Assembly (NCBI GenBank): GCA_027858735.1
Contig: JAQICC010000266.1
Span: 1 to 62,326, forward strand
DNA from: Salinivirgaceae bacterium
Lineage (GTDB): Bacteria > Bacteroidota > Bacteroidia > Bacteroidales > SZUA-534
Direction: 5' to 3'
DNA length: 62,326 nt
Position 1 is the first letter of the stretch. Each line of letters begins with the position of its first letter. Made by a program: the position numbers and the translations under genes. Below are positions 41,914-52,439 of the stretch, in pieces. Below the pieces are notes generated by a model, which was given only the letters and a program-made list of their open reading frames with translations, was not told where the DNA came from and made no database searches.

Positions 41914-44355
41914 TTATAATTCTACCTTTAAAAAAGTTGCTTTCACCTTAGCCGATTTTACACTAATTATGGCATTCCCCTTTTTAAGTATTATTTTCAT
42001 AAATGCTCGACCATTGTACAATTGAATTTTTCGTGAACCGTCCCATGTTCCCAAATCATCAATAAGCTCGGCATTTCCTGCAGTTTCAAATTCAACCATT
42101 TCCTTTGAATCGGCACAATACACGCCATTTTTATCATAAACTTTAGCACAAACAGTAAGAACGTTTCCTTCGCGTAAAACCTCCTCTATTTTCAGTTCAC
42201 TTTCCGCTCCCCATTCTGCTGTTTGATACACTTGTGTAATTTCATCAACCACTTCAACTTTACCTTGCTTTGCTATAACTTTTAAATGGTTTTCACCTTC
42301 TTTAAATTGCACTTTCCAACGTAAACCGGCAGCAGGATAATCTTGAGAATTTCTAGTTCTTTTACCTAAACTTTCACCATTGAAAAATAACTCAGCTTCG
42401 CTACAATTTGAATATACCTTAATCAATTTATCCTCCCCTTTTTTACCCCATCGCGTTTCCCAAGTATGGCCATAAATATGAGCCATAGGTTTGCTTGTCC
42501 AATACGACTGAAATACATAATACGATTCTTTAGGAGTAAGATCGCGTTGCACCACGCCTTTTTGATTTACATAAGGCACCGGATTTTCAGGACGCAATGG
42601 AGTAGAAAAATCTTTAAAAGGCCAGTAAGCAGTTCCTGTAAGCCACTCCATGTTTTCCTGTTCCTTCAAATGCCAGTCTATTAGATTACAGGCATAAGTT
42701 TCAGACCAATCGCCATCTTTCGAAACACGAGGATCGCCACCTGACATCAGGAAATCACCAGCACGCTCATCAGCATCACCTTCAATAATAGATACTAAAC
42801 CTTTGTCGGGATTTTCAGAATGACGCCCAGCATGGTGACTGGCTCCCCACTCAACATGCAGAAAGTGATCAACGTCCATGGCTTCTTCATAACTCACTTC
42901 TTGATATTTGGTAAATTTACCCCGATACCAACCTGCCCAAATGGAAGGTGAGTACACATCAATAATATCTTTACAGAAATTGCAACGACGAATAGCCGTA
43001 AGGCGTTCGGGATCTTTCTTGTGTGACAAGTCGTTTAATTCTGACATAAAGCCTCTGATTTTCTCCTCATCAAATTCGGTAAAATCACCAGGCCAATCGT
43101 TCTCATTACCCAAGCCCCAAACCAATACAGAAACATGGTTTTGATGCTGATCAATCATATTCACCAACATTCGGCGTGCTTGTTCTTTGTATACTTCTCC
43201 ACCTAAACCTCCACGGCACCAGGGGATTTCTTCCCATACAAAAATACCTAATGAATCACACAACTCTAGTACCAAACGTGATTGCTGATAATGACCTAAG
43301 CGGATAAAGTTTATACCAATATCTTTCATCATTTGCATTTCTTGACGAATAAGATTATCGGTCATGGCAGCCGCCATACCAGCATGATCTTCGTGGCGAT
43401 GTGTACCTCGTAATAAAAGACGTTTGCCGTTTACCATTAAAGGTCCTTTTTTAATAAACTCAGTATGGTTAAAACCAACTTTTTGCGTTGTATTATGTGT
43501 TTGACCGTTTACGGTTACACTTACATTTAATGTATATAAATAAGGATTTTCGGGATGCCATAATACGGGTTTGCTAAGGCTTAGCTTTGCAATTTCAAGC
43601 TCACCCTTCCATGTTTTTTTGCTTGTATTATATTTACTAACTACCTTACCTTGTGCATCACTAATTGTTAATTCAAGTTGAGCGTCTGCTATTGAAGGCA
43701 TTTCATTTTTTAATACTGCACTTATTACAATATCAACCTTTTTAAAGTTCTCATCAAGCTTATAGTTAAACTGAACTTGTTCAAGTGAAACGGGTGGCAA
43801 ATACACCAAATTTACATGACGATATAATCCTCCATAAACATTAAAATCGCTTAAGTCTGACGGTATCATCTCAGCATCGCGCGAATTGTCGCAGCGTATA
43901 GCAATGGGTATTAATGAATCTGCCAAAGAAGAGCTTTGCTTGTATTCCTGAATGGCATCGCTTATGTCAATGCTAAATTCATCGTATCCACCAACATGAG
44001 ATCCTATTTTCTTTGTAAGCAAGTAAATATCAGTCTTTTGTCCAGCACCTTCAAAATGCAATATGGTTCTACCATTTTCGTAAGGATTAGTAATTGCAAT
44101 ATGGTTTCGATACCAACCAGGTCCTTGATAATAGGCAACATCGGGATCAACCGCATCAAAAGCATTAAAACAATGGGGCATATTAACAGGGACCCACACA
44201 GGCAATTTACTCTGACTTTCCGGTCGAAATGCCTCCCATGGCGATCCTAGATCACCTTTCACATAATCCCATCCGTTTGTTAAGCGTGTGCTTTTTTGAG
44301 CCATTACATTAAAACTCAAAAAGCTTATTATTAATCCTAAAAATAGTTTATTCAT
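41914..44355 (-). CDS. GH2 glycoside hydrolase (beta-galactosidase/beta-glucuronidase clan), Sec signal only
   Basis: LHFEGAG, HVGGYDEF, YGGLYRHV, GTHRHED, RLGHY, WEEIPW, WGLGNE (acid/base), HVEWG (nucleophile). Confidence 0.92.
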   Translation of the reverse strand: MNKLFLGLIISFLSFNVMAQKSTRLTNGWDYVKGDLGSPWEAFRPESQSKLPVWVPVNMPHCFNAFDAVDPDVAYYQGPGWYRNHIAITNPYENGRTILHFEGAGQKTDIYLLTKKIGSHVGGYDEFSIDISDAIQEYKQSSSLADSLIPIAIRCDNSRDAEMIPSDLSDFNVYGGLYRHVNLVYLPPVSLEQVQFNYKLDENFKKVDIVISAVLKNEMPSIADAQLELTISDAQGKVVSKYNTSKKTWKGELEIAKLSLSKPVLWHPENPYLYTLNVSVTVNGQTHNTTQKVGFNHTEFIKKGPLMVNGKRLLLRGTHRHEDHAGMAAAMTDNLIRQEMQMMKDIGINFIRLGHYQQSRLVLELCDSLGIFVWEEIPWCRGGLGGEVYKEQARRMLVNMIDQHQNHVSVLVWGLGNENDWPGDFTEFDEEKIRGFMSELNDLSHKKDPERLTAIRRCNFCKDIIDVYSPSIWAGWYRGKFTKYQEVSYEEAMDVDHFLHVEWGASHHAGRHSENPDKGLVSIIEGDADERAGDFLMSGGDPRVSKDGDWSETYACNLIDWHLKEQENMEWLTGTAYWPFKDFSTPLRPENPVPYVNQKGVVQRDLTPKESYYVFQSYWTSKPMAHIYGHTWETRWGKKGEDKLIKVYSNCSEAELFFNGESLGKRTRNSQDYPAAGLRWKVQFKEGENHLKVIAKQGKVEVVDEITQVYQTAEWGAESELKIEEVLREGNVLTVCAKVYDKNGVYCADSKEMVEFETAGNAELIDDLGTWDGSRKIQLYNGRAFMKIILKKGNAIISVKSAKVKATFLKVEL

Positions 44356-44370
44356 TGTTACAATTTTATT

Positions 44371-47300
44371 TTATTCTGTTAAGTATATTTTTTTTGTTAT
44401 GCTCATATTATCATAGCTCACCTTTGCAAAGTATAAAGACTCTTGTAAACCAAGTTCAATGGTGTTTTTGCTTTCAAAAATGCGTTGCCTATGAATTAAC
44501 TTACCCCCGCTATTATAAATATGAACACTTGCTTTATTAAAATTTACATTGGAAAAATTCACATATACTGTACTATTAAAACAATACACGCTGGGTTTTG
44601 CTTGCTCACTTTGATTGACAGAAACAATACTTTTTATAAAGGCTGACTTTGAACTTTTTTCAGATATTCTCCCTTCGGTATCGGCTGCAAAAGCGTAATA
44701 ATATCCTTCTTTTAAATTAAAAGTAGATATCTCAATAGTATCATTTGCATTAACATTTCTAACTACAGTGCCTAATCCATTGCTAAGCGCTTGTTCCATA
44801 TCCTTTACATTTTTGGGTACCTGAGTAATAAACAATAGAAAAACATCACCCTTTTTGCTACTTTTTGCAATAACAAAATCCGTTTCGCCACTTGATACTT
44901 CTTGCGATGCCATAGTAACTATCGGTCGTAAATCGGGTACTTGAACGCTAGTTTGGCTTATTCCATTAATTAATGCCCCATTGTTTGCTTTTACATATTG
45001 CACCTCTATAATAATCAGTGAATTATAAGGTAAAAATCCTATGGAACTAAAATTAAGGGATACGGTCACTGAATCAACTTCATTTACTATTTTTGGGCTA
45101 CCTGTTAATCCGGCACTGCCATTAGCTATGTAATTGGTGTTTTTTAGTGCTGAAACCCTTTCAAATGGTTGATTAAACTTTAATTCAACTGTTGAATCAT
45201 TAATATAGAAACCCTGATTCCCCTGCAATCCAAAATCGGTATAAATACCCCTATCTGATTTTTGTGCTAAATAGAGTGATAACGGGTTTAACCCATCAAC
45301 ATTAGCACCATCCCATTCACCACGAGGACGGTCACCAAATGTATCATCATTAACATAGCTGCCTTTAAATCCGATACAATAGTTTTTAGCCGACACCCAT
45401 GGATTTTGGCAAATTGCTGTTTTTCCTTTACAATTCCACATTACCTGATTAACACCGGCCCAACCATGACCAGTCCCATAATTTGAACGGTCACGCACAT
45501 TCAGCTCATTATCTGAGGTAACTACATCGTACAGCGTTCCTACTGCCCACCGGTGATGTGGACCAATATCATTACTTGCTTTGGTGGCAGTACAATAACT
45601 AAATACATTTGGACCACAAACTCGTGATCCGGTTACATAATCGTGCCGACCTTCGCTTGCCGAGCAATTTGAAATTAAACTGGTTTGACCATTGCAATTA
45701 AATGAGTATCGACGTCCACCAGTAACCACTGATTTTGGACTAAGTGATGTGCAATTTGTAACGGTAATATACCTTGCATACGAGCTAATATTTGCACAGG
45801 AATAGGCAAAGTATTTAGCTGTTATATTTTTAGCCCAACAATGTTCTGCTCTGTTAAAATAAACTGCATTCCATGCATGATTTTCATCGGTTTCACTTGC
45901 ATAAACTGATTGCAGTTGCATATTCTCAATGCCACAATTTTGAATGCGCTCGTTAAAAGTACATTTGTAAACTTTTCGCGAATCGTTATAATTAACATCC
46001 AAAGCCATAACAATAGGATTGTAAAAAAATATACTGTCTCCTGTTGATCCTGAAGCAATGCGTTTCACTTCTCGTTCAAAATTAAAAGCATAATCGGATG
46101 CTACCCATTGGTTAACATCACCATCATCAGGAATTTGATCCATTTTAAGATCGTTAACCCAAGCTTTATTAAACTGTTGGTAAATACAAATATGATCGCT
46201 TGTGCTAAATTCATGACCTTTGGGTACTATAACATACTTTGCTCCTACAGGAATATACGATGGTACAATGTTTTGAACACTACTGGCTATTTTGTTTAAT
46301 GATCCGCTTGCTGCACCAACCTTTATTAAGGATGAACCTTCGCTTTTACTTGTTGCAATTAAAATAGTTCCATCATTCCCTTGCCCTTCGCCTCTTAAAA
46401 CAATTCCTTGTGAACGAAGAGAAATATCGGATGAAAATTCATAAGTACCTGCCTTAATTAAAATGGTCCCTTTAAAACCTTCGCTATTTAGGTTTGTATT
46501 TTGAGCTACCGAATCAATAATATGTTGAATATAGCTTGTAGCATCTCCCTCTATTGGACTAACACTTGCCAATACCGCTAATTCAGGTAATTTTTTTTCA
46601 CCTCGTCTATAACCCACATGGCTAAAATCGGGAATTACATCGCCCTTTTTATCGGCTCGGTATTTTAATTTTCCGTTTTGATTATATTTTAAAAAATACG
46701 ATTCCCATTTTCCATTATCATCAGGTGTTGGAACTACCCAAACCCCTTGATTTTCATAGTTATTAGGATTATCACCGATATCAATCGAATCTTCGGGTTC
46801 AGCATTATATTCCCATGGCAAAATTCCTATATTATCACCATCGTTGGCCTTAGAAAAAAGTGACTCGTTGGTAACAAAATAGTTGGCATCGTATTTAGGA
46901 TTATAGTATAAACAGCTTTGTCCTGTTGAACTTCCTAAATCCGCACAACGATAAAAGTCGCAATAATCTAGTTTAGCTCCAGCAATTAATTTAAAAGGAT
47001 TGGCACTTTTTGAATTCGAAAAAACAGAGTTTTCAATGCTAAGATCGCTAGCATTTTCTATACCTATAATTGGAAAAGAATCTGCTACAGAAATACTATC
47101 AAAAACACAGTGATTAATAGAAATTGACCCGTTGGTGAGGTTAGCATTTTCAGAAAAACAAATAACTTCTTTTGCGTAGTTTGCAAAAACGCAACTCTTA
47201 AATTCAAGAGACGCAAAAGAAGCTTCTTTGTTAAACTCACTTACTACTAACTCTATTGATCTACTATTATGAAATAAACAATTATTAAAAAATATTTTAT

Positions 47301-47796
47301 CTGCAAATGTACCAGCTAAGCATTTAACGACACATTCTGGTATATTTTTGAATTCACAATTTTGCATAAATAAGTTATACTGGCTTGGAGCTATATTTTC
47401 AGAACCTATTTCAATGGCATTTGCGATAGAAACTTCGTTCGCACTATTTGAAAAAATAAGACTAATTACCTCAACCGTGCAGTTATTTAATATTTGAAAC
47501 ACCGACTTATTAACAGAATCGGCTGTTTGAAGAATTGGTTTATCAACCATATCCTCTCCCATTATGGTAATACTTGCGGATAATAAAACTTGGTTTTCAA
47601 AACAATAATTTGCTCCTGATGATGTAAGAATAAAAATATCACCATCAGAAGCATTCGATATTGCAATAGCAAGATCGTTTGCATAAAATCCATTAATGGG
47701 TGCAGTAAACCTGTAGGTATTAGCCAATGAGGTTTGAGCTAATGCTATAGCAAATAATGGTACAAATATTTTAAATAGCTTTATAATTATTCTCAT
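44371..47796 (-). CDS. T9SS-type exported protein: DUF4957-like beta-helix + unclassified pectate-lyase-3-like beta-helix + Ig domains + CTD
   Basis: N-module GDIFILTSSGANY..KPIL..NIGILPW; central IPDFSHVGY, GRRYSF, GRHDYVTG, GPHHRWAVG, GHGWAG; Ig modules shared with the giant protein. Confidence 0.65.
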   Translation of the reverse strand: MRIIIKLFKIFVPLFAIALAQTSLANTYRFTAPINGFYANDLAIAISNASDGDIFILTSSGANYCFENQVLLSASITIMGEDMVDKPILQTADSVNKSVFQILNNCTVEVISLIFSNSANEVSIANAIEIGSENIAPSQYNLFMQNCEFKNIPECVVKCLAGTFADKIFFNNCLFHNSRSIELVVSEFNKEASFASLEFKSCVFANYAKEVICFSENANLTNGSISINHCVFDSISVADSFPIIGIENASDLSIENSVFSNSKSANPFKLIAGAKLDYCDFYRCADLGSSTGQSCLYYNPKYDANYFVTNESLFSKANDGDNIGILPWEYNAEPEDSIDIGDNPNNYENQGVWVVPTPDDNGKWESYFLKYNQNGKLKYRADKKGDVIPDFSHVGYRRGEKKLPELAVLASVSPIEGDATSYIQHIIDSVAQNTNLNSEGFKGTILIKAGTYEFSSDISLRSQGIVLRGEGQGNDGTILIATSKSEGSSLIKVGAASGSLNKIASSVQNIVPSYIPVGAKYVIVPKGHEFSTSDHICIYQQFNKAWVNDLKMDQIPDDGDVNQWVASDYAFNFEREVKRIASGSTGDSIFFYNPIVMALDVNYNDSRKVYKCTFNERIQNCGIENMQLQSVYASETDENHAWNAVYFNRAEHCWAKNITAKYFAYSCANISSYARYITVTNCTSLSPKSVVTGGRRYSFNCNGQTSLISNCSASEGRHDYVTGSRVCGPNVFSYCTATKASNDIGPHHRWAVGTLYDVVTSDNELNVRDRSNYGTGHGWAGVNQVMWNCKGKTAICQNPWVSAKNYCIGFKGSYVNDDTFGDRPRGEWDGANVDGLNPLSLYLAQKSDRGIYTDFGLQGNQGFYINDSTVELKFNQPFERVSALKNTNYIANGSAGLTGSPKIVNEVDSVTVSLNFSSIGFLPYNSLIIIEVQYVKANNGALINGISQTSVQVPDLRPIVTMASQEVSSGETDFVIAKSSKKGDVFLLFITQVPKNVKDMEQALSNGLGTVVRNVNANDTIEISTFNLKEGYYYAFAADTEGRISEKSSKSAFIKSIVSVNQSEQAKPSVYCFNSTVYVNFSNVNFNKASVHIYNSGGKLIHRQRIFESKNTIELGLQESLYFAKVSYDNMSITKKIYLTE

Positions 47797-48052
47797 AATT
47801 GTGTCTATATCACTTCTAACTCAAATGATCTTGTATTTCTTCATATCACACCTTAGTAATCAAATAAACCAATAATTGTTTTATTCTATTTTAAACCATA
47901 CTAATTAGGAGAAATGATAGTCCGGCAATTATTGCACAAAACAATAGCACCTCTATAAATATTTCTTTTCTACGTAAATCTTTTGCTTCCATTTTTCCTT
48001 GTTTAATACAATGATAAAAGTATGTACTTAGCTCTTGGAAGTATATTCTACA

Positions 48053-48081
48053 AATCTCAAAAACTATCATATTTGTTGCAA
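48053..48081 (-). promoter_or_regulatory. tandem half-site motif upstream of the 1141-aa / GH2 / giant-protein unit
   Basis: TCTCAA-N8-ATATTTGTTGCAAATG, same fixed bases and spacing as at 10705-10734; -7-like TACTTTTA at 48022-48015. Confidence 0.6.
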
Positions 48082-48204
48082 ATGCGATGTTTTAATGAGC
48101 TTATGGTTAATAGCATATGATTTTCTTTAGATTTTAATTAAAAAACACGCTATTGTTTTTTTATTAAAAAACCGGTTTGAATACAATCACTTAAATGAAA
48201 ATGC

Positions 48205-51200
48205 CTATTGCTTTTTTGAATTAATTAGGTTGGCATATTCCTTTGGTGTTTTATTGTAGTACTTTTTAAAACTGGCTATAAAATGCGAAGCACTTGAGAA
48301 ACCACATTCAAATGTTATTTGGTTAACATTTAATTCGCCTTTCACCATTAACTCGGTGGCATATTTTAAGCGAACAACTTTTATAAACTCATTGGGTGAA
48401 TGATTGGTTAAAGCTTTAAATTTTCTGAATAACTGGCTTCTGCTTAATCCTAACTTATCACCCAAATATTCAACCGTTAAATCCGGATCACTTTTTTTAT
48501 CGAAAATTATTTCCTGCACCTTTTTAATGAATTCATCTTCCATGGTGTAAAACTCTCCTTCTGGGATATCGCTTACTATATGTCCGGCAAATCTTTCTTG
48601 TAAGGCTTTTCTCTGCAGCAACAGGTTACACACATTGGCATTAAGCAATTCAATGTTAAATGGTTTTTCCATATAAATATCGGCACCAGAGTTCGTTCCT
48701 TCTACTTTATGTTCAATATTTGCTTTTGCGGTAAGTAGAATTACTGGAATATGGCTGGTTATTTGATTGCTCTTTACTGCTTTACACAGTTCCATTCCAT
48801 CCATAACCGGCATCATTACATCTGAAATTATTAAATCGGGCAAATATTTTTTCGCAAGTTTAAATGCATCTTTTCCATTTTCGGCATCGTATAGCATGTA
48901 ATGCCTAAAATGGCTTTTAATAAATTCCCTTAATTCCAAATTATCTTCAACAACCAAAATCGATTCATTATTTTCTGCATCAGTTTGGGAACTGAACTGG
49001 GGTATAACTTCGGGCACCGGCTTATGCTGAGCATCGAGAATATATTTACTTTTCGTTTTTATTTCGTCGGGAGCGTACCCCATTTTGCTTATGGGTATTT
49101 TTATAGTAAATGTTGTTCCCTTATTTTCTTCACTTTCAACGGTTATTTCACCTTTATGCAATTCAACCAGGCTTTGTGCAAAGGAAAGACCAATACCGGT
49201 TCCCATACTTTTGGTATATTTCAAACTATCATCACTATAAAAACGCTCAAAAATCCAGGCTAGCTTTTCTTTTGTTATTCCTATTCCTGTATCAACTACC
49301 TTAATTTCAGCTATTTCATTGTCACATTTCAAGCTTACCGATATTTGACCTGATGCTTGTGTAAACTTTATTGCATTGGATAAAAGTATGAAAATAACAT
49401 TGTCCACCACATTTTTATCAAACCAATAATTTGAGCTATTTTCACCATCCGTTATTACTTTCAGTTCAATATCTTTTTGTTTACAAAACTCACTAAAACC
49501 CTGAACTACATCTTGTAAAAATATAGCTAAATTACCTGATGAAACATTCAGTTTCATCTTTTTATTTTCAAGCTTGCGAAAATCCATTAATTGATTGATT
49601 AGTCGGTGCAAACGCGACATGTTTTTATGCATTAAAGCATATAGGTAGTTTTTTTCTTCAGCAGGTATGGAGGGAATTTTCATTAGCTTTTCAAGTGGAC
49701 CCGAAATAAGTGTTAAGGGCGTACGGAATTCGTGCGAAATATTTGTAAAAAATCGCAATTTCATTTGATTAAGCTCCTCTATGCGCTGTTTTTCAAGGCG
49801 TTCATTTTCAAGTAAGTTTTTTTGATTTGTACTAAACACTACTATTTTTCTAAAAGCCAGCAATAGTAGCGCTATTAAAACTATATAAATAACAAATGCT
49901 AATCGGGTTCTCCAAAAGGGCGGTAATACCGTAATTTTAATCTGCGTTCCTTCGTTATTCCATAGGTTATCGTTATTTGAAGCTTTAACTTTAAATATAT
50001 ATTCACCCGGAAAAATATTTGTATAGGTAGCCCGGTGATTTTTACCGGCATTTACCCAATCACTATCAAAACCTTGGAGCATATAGGCATACTGATTCTT
50101 TTGGGGTTTGTCGTAATTCAGCGATACAAACTCAAAACTAAACGACGATTGCCTATGCGTAAGTATGAGTTGTTTAGTTTTGCTAATATGTTTGCTAAGA
50201 GGTGAGTTGTTACCATATTTTTCAATTTTAGTGTTTGCAAGGTAAAAACCCGTGATTACTACTGGCGGCTTTGTTGCATTGCGAGATATTTTTAAAGGGT
50301 TAAAAGCATTAAAGCCTTTTAATCCACCAAAATAAAAAGTACTGTCGATTGAAACAAATGAGGCTCCCCTATTAAATTCATTGCTTTGTAATCCATCGCT
50401 TACATCGTAATTCACGATTAAAGTGTCGGTTTTAAAAGGCAAATTATAATGTTTTGATAATGGGAATTTTATTAAACCATTATTTGTGCTTACCCAAAGA
50501 TTATGTTTAACATCGCACTTTATACCGTAAATAACAAAACCTTGAATACCTTGTTTCTGTGTGTATTGCACTACCTTTTCACTATCAGGATCAACAGAAA
50601 ACATTCCACTACCTTCCGTTCCAACCCAAATGGTTCCAAAATTATCATATCCTAACGATAAGGTATTTATCGTTTCATTGCCGTTCAATATATCAATCCA
50701 TCTAAACGTTTTATTATTATATACTAAAAGGCCTATATCAGTAGCAAACCAAACATTGCCATTCTCATCTTCAATAATGTCATTAATCGTTTCTCCGTTT
50801 ATAAGGTCACCTTCTTTTGTATACAATGGAACACGACTAAACTTATTGCTTTGAGGGTTAAACATATTAATGCCCCCCATATTGGCGCCTATCCAAATAC
50901 GATCTTTTGTATCGTGATAAATAGAATAAATATAGTTGCTGGAAATAGTAGTTGAATCAAGAGGATTATTCTGATAATTTATAAACTGCTTCCGTTTAAT
51001 ATCATAAATATCGAGACCTCCACCATAGGTGCCTATCCATAATTTATCGTTATTATCAATATATAAAGCCTTAACATTATTATTTACCAAACTATTTTGA
51101 TTTGGCTTATTCAAAAGCGTAGTAAACTTATTTGTTTTTTTGTTAAGCATATTAACACCACCACCTTCGGTGCCTACCCAAATAGTATTTTTTGAGTTTT

Positions 51201-52311
51201 GTGCAAAAGAGCTAACAATATGGTAACTTAAACCATTGTTAATGTAAACATTGGGCTTATATAGCGTAAAATTATTACTCGATCCATAAATTACGTTAAT
51301 ACCTCCATAATAAGTACCAAACCATAAATTACCACTATTGTCTTGTATTATAGAACGAATGGAATTATTTGATAAGCTATTGTCATTTAACTCTTCATTA
51401 TAAAAATAGCTAATTTCACCTGTATAACCGTCAACTAAATTTAATCCAACTCTAGTACCAATCCAAATATTGCCCTCTGCATCTTCACAAATGGCACGTA
51501 CCGCATTGTGACAAAGTTGCGGATCAGTATTCATTGAATAATGCTTATATGTTTGGCTTTTAAGATTGAATTTTGTTAAGCCGTGTTCATCGGATCCAAT
51601 CCACAAATTATTTTTTAAGTCGCTATATATAAGTCGAATAGAATTTGAAAGCAATCCACAAAAATTATTACTATTGGTTAAAACATAGCTTAAGTTTCCT
51701 TTTGAGTAAATAGCTATTCCATCACCTTTTGTACCTATCCATATTTGACCATCGGGCAACTCAACGATAGTTCTCACCTTTGCCTTTTCAAGATTTTGAT
51801 TGCCATCAAAAAGAGGTTCAAAAGTTTGTTGTTCAATATAAAACACACTTACTCCACCTCCATCAGTTCCTGCCCAAATATTTCCTCTGGAATCGGCCAA
51901 TAGTGCATAAACATGATTGTTGTTTAATGATTGTTTATTGGTCTCGCTGTGCACAAACCGGGTGAACGAATCGGTATTTTTATTATAAACGTTAAGGCCA
52001 TAGTTCGTACCTACCCATATTTGACCATGCTGGTCTTCAACTATTGAAAAAACTTGATTGTCTGAAATTGATGTTGTATCGGCATCATCGGTTCTATAAA
52101 TTTTAAACTCATAACCATCATATCTGTTTAATCCATCACGTGTACCTATCCATATAAATCCATCAGAATCTTGCAGCATACAGTATACGGTACTTTGCGA
52201 CAAACCATTTTGAACCAACAAATGGTTAAATACCGCCTTGGACTGGCTTTTAACTGCAAAATTTTGCCCCATTACAATTAAGAGCAGAATCAGTAATTTG
52301 AGTATCTTCAT
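48205..52311 (-). CDS. hybrid two-component system sensor-regulator 2
   Basis: GLSQSTV, IGTRDGLNRYDG, FTNISHEFRTPLTLI, GTGIGLS, ISDVMMP, GLSRSQLFRKFK. Confidence 0.97.
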   Translation of the reverse strand: MKILKLLILLLIVMGQNFAVKSQSKAVFNHLLVQNGLSQSTVYCMLQDSDGFIWIGTRDGLNRYDGYEFKIYRTDDADTTSISDNQVFSIVEDQHGQIWVGTNYGLNVYNKNTDSFTRFVHSETNKQSLNNNHVYALLADSRGNIWAGTDGGGVSVFYIEQQTFEPLFDGNQNLEKAKVRTIVELPDGQIWIGTKGDGIAIYSKGNLSYVLTNSNNFCGLLSNSIRLIYSDLKNNLWIGSDEHGLTKFNLKSQTYKHYSMNTDPQLCHNAVRAICEDAEGNIWIGTRVGLNLVDGYTGEISYFYNEELNDNSLSNNSIRSIIQDNSGNLWFGTYYGGINVIYGSSNNFTLYKPNVYINNGLSYHIVSSFAQNSKNTIWVGTEGGGVNMLNKKTNKFTTLLNKPNQNSLVNNNVKALYIDNNDKLWIGTYGGGLDIYDIKRKQFINYQNNPLDSTTISSNYIYSIYHDTKDRIWIGANMGGINMFNPQSNKFSRVPLYTKEGDLINGETINDIIEDENGNVWFATDIGLLVYNNKTFRWIDILNGNETINTLSLGYDNFGTIWVGTEGSGMFSVDPDSEKVVQYTQKQGIQGFVIYGIKCDVKHNLWVSTNNGLIKFPLSKHYNLPFKTDTLIVNYDVSDGLQSNEFNRGASFVSIDSTFYFGGLKGFNAFNPLKISRNATKPPVVITGFYLANTKIEKYGNNSPLSKHISKTKQLILTHRQSSFSFEFVSLNYDKPQKNQYAYMLQGFDSDWVNAGKNHRATYTNIFPGEYIFKVKASNNDNLWNNEGTQIKITVLPPFWRTRLAFVIYIVLIALLLLAFRKIVVFSTNQKNLLENERLEKQRIEELNQMKLRFFTNISHEFRTPLTLISGPLEKLMKIPSIPAEEKNYLYALMHKNMSRLHRLINQLMDFRKLENKKMKLNVSSGNLAIFLQDVVQGFSEFCKQKDIELKVITDGENSSNYWFDKNVVDNVIFILLSNAIKFTQASGQISVSLKCDNEIAEIKVVDTGIGITKEKLAWIFERFYSDDSLKYTKSMGTGIGLSFAQSLVELHKGEITVESEENKGTTFTIKIPISKMGYAPDEIKTKSKYILDAQHKPVPEVIPQFSSQTDAENNESILVVEDNLELREFIKSHFRHYMLYDAENGKDAFKLAKKYLPDLIISDVMMPVMDGMELCKAVKSNQITSHIPVILLTAKANIEHKVEGTNSGADIYMEKPFNIELLNANVCNLLLQRKALQERFAGHIVSDIPEGEFYTMEDEFIKKVQEIIFDKKSDPDLTVEYLGDKLGLSRSQLFRKFKALTNHSPNEFIKVVRLKYATELMVKGELNVNQITFECGFSSASHFIASFKKYYNKTPKEYANLINSKKQ

Positions 52312-52439
52312 TTTTAGTACATTAAGAAATAGTTTAAACCTTCCTTCATATTTTACTTGAACAACTTGTTTTATTATGCATTTTCACCACTATTCTCATC
52401 ACAAATAAATATTCAACCTACTGTAAATTACTTTCATTT

